A stretch of 64,000 nucleotides of DNA from Bacteroidota bacterium (GTDB lineage: Bacteria > Bacteroidota > Bacteroidia > J057 > JADKCL01): contig JADKCL010000012.1 in NCBI GenBank assembly GCA_016718825.1, positions 65,417 to 129,416 on the forward strand. Direction: 5' to 3'. Shown here piece by piece: positions 27,511 through 36,386 of the stretch (position 1 is its first letter; each line of letters starts with the position of its first letter). The notes below the pieces were generated by a model. That model made no database searches. It had not been told where the DNA came from and was given only the letters and a program-made list of their open reading frames with translations. The position numbers were made by a program, and so were the translations under genes.

Positions 27511-30442
27511 TATAACAATCCTCCTCTTCGGCCATGAAGCCTGAAGTAGGCGTCAGCCCCAATCCCAAAGCATCGTAAATCAATTGCTGCACCCCCTGCC
27601 GGATGCGGTAGGCGTTAATCTTTTTGTTGGCGTCGTCGGGATAAACACGGTTGCTGAGAAAAACATAGACCACCTGATTTTGCGGATCAGCCCAGGCACA
27701 GGTTCCTGTATATCCGAAGTGACCAAAGGTACCCGGGGAAGCACTGACACAGCAATAACCCTTTTCGCAATTGGGCACCGGCAATTGCATATCAAATCCC
27801 AAACCGCGGCGACTTCCCGTTTGTCGGCTGGTAAAAAGCTTCACCGTCTCGGGATCAAAGTATTGCTTGCCGCCGTACTGACCGCCATTCACGATCATTT
27901 GCATCAACGTCGCCAGGTCGGCACCATTGCTGAAAATTCCTGCCGGACCGCCGATTCCGCCCAAAAAGGCAACCGTCGGATCATGCACATCCCCACGCAA
28001 AACCTGCTTGCGCCAATGGCGATCCTGCTCCGTCGGCACAATCTCCTCCTTCTCAAACCGATCCAAAGGATGGTACCCGATTCGCCGCAAACCCATCGGA
28101 TGGTAAAACGCACTGTCGACATAACGGTCAAGCCTTGAACCCATAATGCGTTCCAAAACGGCCTTCATCAAGTACATGCTCAGGTCGGAGTACTCATATT
28201 CCGGCGGATTGAGGCGCATCCGCCGCACTTTGTCCCAAACAGTGTCTTGATAGGCTTGTGCCAAATAAAGGTCTTCGGCGATCCGGAGGGAATGCAAACT
28301 GTCGGGCTTGGCACTGTAAATCCGGTTGCGAATCGAATCGACTGCATGGATCATCTTGAAGTACTTGTTCAGGATGATGCCCGCCGGCAAGCCCGAGCTA
28401 TGCGTGAGCAATTGTTGCGGCGTGATGTCTTTTATGGTGACAAATGCCGAATCCAATTCGGGGATAAAGTATTTGAGCGGCTGATCGAGTTTCAAGGTAT
28501 CCGCATCGAATGCAGCCATGGCCATGAGCGTCGTCGCAGCGATTTTGCTTACCGAGGCAATGTCATACAGGTCCTCCGTGCGCACACGTTGGCTCCTTTC
28601 GTAGTCGTGATAGCCGTAGCCTTTGTGCAAAAACACCTTTCCGTCCTTGGCGGCGAATACCTGACACCCGGGAAACACCTGCATTTTGACGGCGTTGTCA
28701 ATAAACGAATCTATGCGGAGCATAGCCCGCGGATCAATGCCGAGGTCTTCGGGTTCGGTATATTCAAAGCGTAATTTTTTGGAAAGCACGATGCCCGAAC
28801 CTGCTGGAAAGGCGGCCGAAATGTCATCGGGCAAAAGTGTCGTGACGGGAAATGCGCCGAAAAGGGCTTGTCCGGCAAGGTGGGCAGTGCGGTCACGGTC
28901 TTCGGAGACGAATGCCAGACAGCTGAGCCCGTCCAAATCCTGAAGGCTTGCTTGGCCGGCAAAATCGACTACCACCAGTTTTGTGCTGCGATCCAGTTTT
29001 TTCAGAAATGCCGTCAATTGCGGCGAAAATCGCCCATCGGGCCGCTCAGTGACCAAGGCATGGTGCAGGCTCACGACAACGTATTCGTACTTTTTGAGCA
29101 GGGAAATTTGCCTTTCGAAGGCCAAGGAATCTGCTTTCGCCCCCATCAAATAATGGTCCACTGCAGCGTAGGCATCCATCGCGACTTGCAGTTCGGACTT
29201 GCTGGGAGCCCCGATCGCGAGCGTCGCGACTTTGGCTTGGGTAATATTCGCTCCGAATGGCAACCTTCCCTTGGTGTCGCGCAACACCACCAAGGTGCTT
29301 TTGGCCATAGCGCGATCAAGCTGCAAAAGCCGACGCGCTGGATCGATTGCGAATTGCGGTTCGGTCGTATGTTTGTGCAATCCGCGGGCTGCCTTGGCTT
29401 TCAGGACTTTGCGCACCTTTTCATCCAGCCAATCCTGGGATTGCTGGCCGCCTTCGACCAAGGCGACGATGTCATTCACCACACGCATTGGATTTTGGGG
29501 AGCCACAACGAGATCGGCACCGGCCACCAAACTTGCGGCATCGCCTCCCCTTTGCGACAAAACGATCCCTTCGAAATGCAGTTTTTCTCTCAAAAAATAG
29601 CCCAAAGCCCGCTTGGATTGCCCGATGGACACATTGTCGATGGCCGTGTAGACGGCGTTGCTCGCTTGGAACCAGAGGTTTTTGTCGCTGAGGAGCAGGC
29701 GCTGCAGCGGATAACCCTTGCCTGCGTTGAGTTTCAGGAGGTCATCTTGAATGCCGACGGGGCGGCTTATGCTGTCGGATTTCTGATCTTCGACATCCAT
29801 GAGAGGTCTGAAACAAGCTTGGACGCCGCCCTCGCGGAGGCCTGTGGCGAGTGCTTGGCTCAAACGCGTGACATTCTTGGGCACGACCCCGAGCGCGTCG
29901 CGCACCCAAGCACCAGATTCGCCGACTTTCCCGCCGCTGATAAGACAAAGATTGCCACCCAAATACTGCGTTTCCGCTGCCAAAGCCTTGCCCCAGAGCT
30001 GCGCCAGCGAATCCGATGCAACGGTGCCCAAGGTCAGCAGACTCGGCCAATTTTGCGAATCCGACCAAGCCGACCCCGCATCCAAAGCCACCCAGAGGGG
30101 TAAAACGCTGCCTTCCTTCCAGGCATGGACCTGTTCGCGGAGGGTGTCACGTTGTCCAAGTGCGATGATAACACCGCCGAAGCCGTTTCGCCCGAGCGAA
30201 TCGGAAAACTGTGCCAACAAGACAGAATCCGACATGACATTTCCCTCCACCAAGACCAACTGCGCAGCTTTTTCGGCGAGGCTCAACTTCGCCAAAACGG
30301 AATCCGCCCAAGCGCGGTCCGCGACTTCCGAACCCAAAAGTGGCACTTCGGCCTTGGGAGGTGCCTCTTCGCCGCAGCCCGACATGAACGTCAGGCCCAG
30401 AATCAGGGAGAGAATGAAAATTTTGAAGCTATTGGCCGCCAT
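27497..30442 (-). CDS. fused glycoside hydrolase family 3 (NagZ-like) / serine beta-lactamase-family hydrolase lipoprotein
   Basis: The true start is MAANSFKIFILSLILGLTFMSGC (ATG at 30442, lipobox). The N-terminal half resembles a GH3 beta-N-acetylhexosaminidase. The C-terminal half carries SxxK (IASVSKI) and FGHFGYTGT motifs of class C/PBP4-type serine hydrolases. The 1469-aa ORF-track extension upstream is translation of the homopolymer tract. Confidence 0.85.
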   Translation of the reverse strand: MAANSFKIFILSLILGLTFMSGCGEEAPPKAEVPLLGSEVADRAWADSVLAKLSLAEKAAQLVLVEGNVMSDSVLLAQFSDSLGRNGFGGVIIALGQRDTLREQVHAWKEGSVLPLWVALDAGSAWSDSQNWPSLLTLGTVASDSLAQLWGKALAAETQYLGGNLCLISGGKVGESGAWVRDALGVVPKNVTRLSQALATGLREGGVQACFRPLMDVEDQKSDSISRPVGIQDDLLKLNAGKGYPLQRLLLSDKNLWFQASNAVYTAIDNVSIGQSKRALGYFLREKLHFEGIVLSQRGGDAASLVAGADLVVAPQNPMRVVNDIVALVEGGQQSQDWLDEKVRKVLKAKAARGLHKHTTEPQFAIDPARRLLQLDRAMAKSTLVVLRDTKGRLPFGANITQAKVATLAIGAPSKSELQVAMDAYAAVDHYLMGAKADSLAFERQISLLKKYEYVVVSLHHALVTERPDGRFSPQLTAFLKKLDRSTKLVVVDFAGQASLQDLDGLSCLAFVSEDRDRTAHLAGQALFGAFPVTTLLPDDISAAFPAGSGIVLSKKLRFEYTEPEDLGIDPRAMLRIDSFIDNAVKMQVFPGCQVFAAKDGKVFLHKGYGYHDYERSQRVRTEDLYDIASVSKIAATTLMAMAAFDADTLKLDQPLKYFIPELDSAFVTIKDITPQQLLTHSSGLPAGIILNKYFKMIHAVDSIRNRIYSAKPDSLHSLRIAEDLYLAQAYQDTVWDKVRRMRLNPPEYEYSDLSMYLMKAVLERIMGSRLDRYVDSAFYHPMGLRRIGYHPLDRFEKEEIVPTEQDRHWRKQVLRGDVHDPTVAFLGGIGGPAGIFSNGADLATLMQMIVNGGQYGGKQYFDPETVKLFTSRQTGSRRGLGFDMQLPVPNCEKGYCCVSASPGTFGHFGYTGTCAWADPQNQVVYVFLSNRVYPDDANKKINAYRIRQGVQQLIYDALGLGLTPTSGFMAEEEDCYMEGA

Positions 30443-30539
30443 CGTCGCAGGGTGAATACAAAAGTGATCTACGTAAAAATAGGAAGAATCGGCGGGGCGG
30501 ATGGGATGATTTTCTTGCACGCGGAATGGAAATTTGAAA

Positions 30540-31880
<1,341 letters not shown>

Positions 31881-31938
31881 CATGGAGCGCATTTGCAGAT
31901 TGCCAAAAAAATCCATTTTGCTTTCTCACCTTTCCTTC

Positions 31939-31963
31939 CTTATTTAGACGCGTTCTAAATAAG
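31939..31963. promoter_or_regulatory. perfect 10-bp inverted repeat (candidate operator), copy 1
   Basis: CTTATTTAGA-cgcgt-TCTAAATAAG ends 1 nt before the ATG of the LuxR-type regulator. It shares TTTAGA-N4-TTCTAAATAAG with 32698-32718. Confidence 0.55.
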
Positions 31964-31964
31964 C

Positions 31965-32618
31965 ATGGGAAAAGCATCCATTCGCATCGTATTGGCAGAT
32001 GCCCAGTTCCTTACCAGAACTGGCTTGGGGCACCTTTTTGCGGGACATCCGCAGATAAGAGTGGTCGGGGAAGCGACGGATGGCGAAGAACTTCAGGTCG
32101 TTTTGGCCAGCCAGAATCCGCAAATCTTGATTGTGGACCATCAGAGCAGTTCCGATTTTGCATTGGATCGGCTTGCGGTCCTAGCGAAGAACCATCCGGC
32201 GATAAAGCTGATGTTGGTAACAGACGATCAGGATCATGCACGCATCCGCGCGGCGCTCGCGATGGACGTGCAATGCATTCTCACCAAACATTGCAGTCCC
32301 GAGGAAATCGTCAATGCTGTGATTGCCATCGCCAAGGACGAAAAATTCTTTTGCCACAAGGTGCTGGAAATCATCCTTGAAAAACCATCCGACTCTGACG
32401 ATTGCAGCCCAAGCAACCTCAGTCCTCGCGAAATCGAGATCATTCAGTTGATCGCAAAAGGGGTCAGCACCAAGGAGCTTGCCGACCAACTTTTTCTGAG
32501 CACGCATACCGTTTATACCCATCGCAAAAACATCATGAAGAAGCTCGGGGTCCACTCGGTTTCAGAAATGATCCTCTATGCGGTGAATTCGGGCATATCC
32601 AGCAAAACGACTACCTAA
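31965..32618 (+). CDS. LuxR/NarL-family response regulator
   Basis: Receiver domain features: IRIVLADAQ, phospho-acceptor context ILIVDH, LMLVTDD, conserved K in ILTKH. C-terminal LuxR HTH: LSPREIEIIQLIAKGVSTKELADQLFLSTHTVYTHRKNIMKKLGV. Confidence 0.85.
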   Translation: MGKASIRIVLADAQFLTRTGLGHLFAGHPQIRVVGEATDGEELQVVLASQNPQILIVDHQSSSDFALDRLAVLAKNHPAIKLMLVTDDQDHARIRAALAMDVQCILTKHCSPEEIVNAVIAIAKDEKFFCHKVLEIILEKPSDSDDCSPSNLSPREIEIIQLIAKGVSTKELADQLFLSTHTVYTHRKNIMKKLGVHSVSEMILYAVNSGISSKTTT

Positions 32619-32697
32619 TTTTAGGTAGCAATTCACTGCGAAAAATCACCGATTTGGGTATTGCCCAGCCAGTTTTCAGCCTCTAGCTTTGCCCCAG

Positions 32698-32718
32698 TTT
32701 AGATTCATTCTAAATAAG
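32698..32718. promoter_or_regulatory. inverted repeat (candidate operator), copy 2
   Basis: TTTAGA-ttcat-TCTAAATAAG lies 12 nt upstream of the DUF4856 gene ATG. The flanking AAAAGCAT is also shared with copy 1. Confidence 0.5.
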
Positions 32719-32729
32719 AAAAGCATAAA

Positions 32730-33812
32730 ATGAAAACACAGTTCCACTCCAGCCTTAGAATACTCTCCGTCGGCGCCATGATGGCAGCCGCCTTCTTCAG
32801 CAGCTGCCGCGAAGACAAAATCAAATATGACATCCCCGAAACCTACAACTTTGACAACGTGAGCTTCAGTGGCCAAACCTCGCGGTTGGACATGCTGGAT
32901 GAAATCTCGGACTATATCGCTACGGCAACTACGCCCGGCACGGTACTCGATGCGCAGCGTCTCCGCGATATGTTTGAAAATCAGAACAATCCGTTTACGT
33001 TTGTGGCTACCAAACAACTCAAAGACAAATGCTTTTTGGCAGATCAGACCTTGATCGAAACTTGGATGGATGCAGTGGCTAACAGTTCTACTTCCACACA
33101 GCCCGCTGCTTCAGGAGTCGCAGGAATCGCAACAAGTTTGGACGGTACTGAGCACTTTCTGCTGGATTCCAACGGATTTGAACATGCGGAATTGATCGAA
33201 AAAGGCATCATGGGTGCGGTATTCTACTACCAAGCCGTCGGTGTTTATCTCACGGAATCCAAAACTGGCAGCACGGTGGACAATACCACGGTGACGGATG
33301 GCGAAGGCACGGCTTTGCAACATCATTGGGACGAAGCATTTGGGTATTTTGGTGCGCCAATCGACTTTCCAACCAACACCAACGCCCGCTTCTGGGCCAG
33401 GGCAAGTACGCAACGCGATGCACAGATCAGTTCGAATGAGGCGATCATGACAGCCTTTATTACAGGTCGCGCCGCCATCAACCACGATGATCATACGACC
33501 AAAACGGCCCAAATCGCCATTATTCGCGACAATTGGGAAAAGGTGATCGCCGCAACTGCCATCCACGAACTCAACGAGGCCAAGTCCCATCTCGGCGACG
33601 ATGCCCTGCGCAACCACGAAATCTCCGAAGCCATCGGTTATACCCGCGCGCTGAAGTACAGTCCAGTGAAAAAAATCACGGACGCACAAATTCAAAGCAT
33701 CATTGATATGCTTGGGACAAACCTCTACGCCGTAACTTTGCCCGCGATTGACAATGCGCGTGCAGCGCTTGCCGCTCCTTACGGTTTGGAAAGTATCATG
33801 AATGCACTCTGA
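32730..33812 (+). CDS. DUF4856 domain-containing lipoprotein
   Basis: Lipobox AAFFSSC. It is a 360-aa helical protein in the position typical for DUF4856 upstream of imelysin genes. The family call rests on pattern memory and context. Confidence 0.65.
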   Translation: MKTQFHSSLRILSVGAMMAAAFFSSCREDKIKYDIPETYNFDNVSFSGQTSRLDMLDEISDYIATATTPGTVLDAQRLRDMFENQNNPFTFVATKQLKDKCFLADQTLIETWMDAVANSSTSTQPAASGVAGIATSLDGTEHFLLDSNGFEHAELIEKGIMGAVFYYQAVGVYLTESKTGSTVDNTTVTDGEGTALQHHWDEAFGYFGAPIDFPTNTNARFWARASTQRDAQISSNEAIMTAFITGRAAINHDDHTTKTAQIAIIRDNWEKVIAATAIHELNEAKSHLGDDALRNHEISEAIGYTRALKYSPVKKITDAQIQSIIDMLGTNLYAVTLPAIDNARAALAAPYGLESIMNAL

Positions 33813-34939
33813 TGGAAGTAAAAACTGCGAATAAAGGCCGGATGCGGCTGCAATTTGTTCCGATCTTGATGGGTATGATGCTGCTTGCGGCATCCTGCAA
33901 AGACAAGACCGATCCGACAGAATATGACCGTACTGCATTGACTGCCAACCTCGGCGAACGCGTCATCGTGCCGGCGTACGATCAATTGCAGGACAAAGTC
34001 GACCTGCTTCGAAATGGAAGCGCAGATTTTCGGGTGGCGAAGGATCAGGTTTCGCTAGACAGCCTCCAAAGCCGATTTGCGAAGGCTTGGCTGGCATGGA
34101 AAGCCTGTTCGGCATTCGAATTTGGGCCAGCGGCGACAGCTTCCCTGCGAAGCGTTTTGAATACATTTCCCTGCGATACCCTGCAAATTCACAACAATTT
34201 TACCAGCGGGGCCTACGACCTGAACCAAGCGGTCAATCTAGATGCACGTGGATTTCAAGCACTTGACTTTTTGCTCCACGGTTTGGGTTCGGGCGATGCT
34301 GCAATATTGAACAGGTATCAAAGCCCGTCAGATTCGTCCAGGCTCACGGAGTACCTCGAGGCGGTGGTCAGCGACATTCAGGCGCAAGTTTCGAATGTGC
34401 GTCAAGCTTGGAATTCAGGGTACTTGGCGACTTTCAAGGCAAGTTTGGGGACCGACGTGGGCAGTAGCACGAGCATGTTGGTCAATGAACTCAACCGCGA
34501 CTTGGAGATCATCAAAACGGCGAGCATCGGAATTCCGCTGGGGAAGCAGACTTTTGATTCTCCATTGCCTGAAAAGGTGGAGGCGCTTTACAGTGAAATT
34601 TCAATTGAGCTGGCAATTGCCGAATTACAAGGTCTGGAACTGCTTTTCGAAGGCCAAAAAGACGGCTCTGCAGAAGGCTACGGACTACGCGAGGCATTGA
34701 ATGCGGTCGAGGCGCTTTATAATGGCGAAAACTTGGGTGATGCGATTCACAATCAGTTTCAAACTGCCAAGGCTGCCGTGGCGGCAATTCCCGGTTCACT
34801 GTCCGAGGCTGTGGTTACCAACCGCGTACCCGTCGAAGCCGCCTACAACGAGATCCAAAAGCTGGTCATCTTGCTCAAGACCGACATGGCTTCCGCGCTC
34901 AGCATTTTGATCACCTATACCGACGCAGACGGCGATTGA
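33812..34939 (+). CDS. imelysin family (peptidase M75-like) lipoprotein
   Basis: Lipobox LLAASC. The imelysin-type segment AWLAWKACSAFEFGPA is present, with a two-lobed helical length of 375 aa. A TGATG overlap links it to the upstream gene. An alternative start at 33842 is possible. Confidence 0.75.
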   Translation: MEVKTANKGRMRLQFVPILMGMMLLAASCKDKTDPTEYDRTALTANLGERVIVPAYDQLQDKVDLLRNGSADFRVAKDQVSLDSLQSRFAKAWLAWKACSAFEFGPAATASLRSVLNTFPCDTLQIHNNFTSGAYDLNQAVNLDARGFQALDFLLHGLGSGDAAILNRYQSPSDSSRLTEYLEAVVSDIQAQVSNVRQAWNSGYLATFKASLGTDVGSSTSMLVNELNRDLEIIKTASIGIPLGKQTFDSPLPEKVEALYSEISIELAIAELQGLELLFEGQKDGSAEGYGLREALNAVEALYNGENLGDAIHNQFQTAKAAVAAIPGSLSEAVVTNRVPVEAAYNEIQKLVILLKTDMASALSILITYTDADGD

Positions 34940-34949
34940 TCGCCCCGAT

Positions 34950-34970
34950 TGGCCGTGCTTTCGGCCATTT
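34950..34970 (+). terminator. weak intra-operon hairpin between the imelysin and HTTM genes
   Basis: A 6-bp stem (tggccg / cggcca) with a 6-nt loop, followed by TTT. It could be an attenuator or processing site rather than a full terminator. Confidence 0.3.
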
Positions 34971-34991
34971 CAAGGTTCTCTGGAAATCAAA

Positions 34992-36386
34992 ATGCAACGT
35001 CTTAGAACATACTTGACCCAACCGATCTCGATCGCGCCCTTGGCGACTTTCAGGATCCTGTTTGGGGCGATCATGTTCGTGAGTGTAGTCCGGTTCATGC
35101 TCCGCGGATGGGTGACGGATTTGTACGTAGAGCCCAAGTTCTTCTTCAGTTACTACGGCTTCGAATGGGTGAAGCCCTTGGGCGAATTCGGGATGTATGC
35201 GGTGTTTGCCGTCATGGCCTTGGCAACAATCGGCATCGCTTTGGGGGCATTTTACAGAGTTTCATCCATCACATTTTTCCTGACTTGGACCTACGTCGAA
35301 TTGTTGGATGTCACCAATTACCTGAACCATTATTATTTCGTTTCCCTCGCGGCCTTCCTTTTGATGTTGGTTCCTGCGAATCGGTATTTGTCGGTGGATG
35401 CCTGGCGAAGGCCTGCGATCAAGCTGGAATTTGTGCCACGCTGGATGATCGGCGCTTTGCGGATGCAAATGGGCATCGTTTACGTCTTCGCGGGCATCGC
35501 GAAAATCAATGGCGACTGGCTGTTGCGGGCACAGCCCCTCAAAATCTGGTTGGCTTCGCGTACGCATTTGCCCGTAATCGGATGGGCCTTCAAATACAGC
35601 TGGACCGCATTCGCTTTCAGTTGGATGGGTTGTTTGTATGACCTGACCGTACCGTTTTTCCTGCTTTGGCGTAAAACGAGGCCGTTTGCCTACGCAGCGG
35701 TGATCGGGTTTCACCTCATCACGTGGTGGCTGTTTCCGATCGGGATGTTTCCGTTTATCATGATTTTGGGGACGCTTGTTTTCTTCCCTGGCGAATGGCA
35801 TCTCAAGTGGCAATCCCGTTTGCTGAGTTTTGCCACGAAGACACAAAGGCACGAAGAAAACCCACTTGACCTTCGTGCCTTCGTGTCTTCGTGGCCACAT
35901 AAAAACAAAATCCTTCCGACCCTACTGACCCTCCACTTGGTTCTGCAAATCTTGATTCCATTCCGTTACCTGCTTTATCCGGAGAATCTCTTCTGGCACG
36001 AGCAAGGATTTCGGTTCAGTTGGCGCGTGATGCTGATGGAGAAGGCGGGTTACGCAGTCTTTCACGTGCGGGATCCGGAAACCGGCAAATCCACAGAAGT
36101 CATCAACCGGGAATATCTGCGTCCCAACCAAGAGCGCATGATGTCCACGCAACCGGATTTGATCTTACAATTCGCTCATTTTTTGGAGGACGAATACAAG
36201 CAAAAAGGCATCGCCGACCCGGAGGTCTATGCAGAAGTCCACGCCACGTTGAACGGCAGCGGATCGCGGCCCTTCACTAACCCCAACATCGACCTGACCC
36301 AACGCAAAGAGGGCTTTGCTCCCAAGGACTGGATCTTACCCTTCGAATCGCATTCACCCACATTTGGACAGGAGGATCGGCGGTGA
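34992..36386 (+). CDS. HTTM domain-containing membrane protein (vitamin K-dependent gamma-carboxylase-like fold)
   Basis: The N-terminal IAPLATFRILFGAIMFVSVVRF and a multi-pass membrane region are typical of HTTM. A C-terminal soluble domain follows; 464 aa. Confidence 0.75.
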   Translation: MQRLRTYLTQPISIAPLATFRILFGAIMFVSVVRFMLRGWVTDLYVEPKFFFSYYGFEWVKPLGEFGMYAVFAVMALATIGIALGAFYRVSSITFFLTWTYVELLDVTNYLNHYYFVSLAAFLLMLVPANRYLSVDAWRRPAIKLEFVPRWMIGALRMQMGIVYVFAGIAKINGDWLLRAQPLKIWLASRTHLPVIGWAFKYSWTAFAFSWMGCLYDLTVPFFLLWRKTRPFAYAAVIGFHLITWWLFPIGMFPFIMILGTLVFFPGEWHLKWQSRLLSFATKTQRHEENPLDLRAFVSSWPHKNKILPTLLTLHLVLQILIPFRYLLYPENLFWHEQGFRFSWRVMLMEKAGYAVFHVRDPETGKSTEVINREYLRPNQERMMSTQPDLILQFAHFLEDEYKQKGIADPEVYAEVHATLNGSGSRPFTNPNIDLTQRKEGFAPKDWILPFESHSPTFGQEDRR

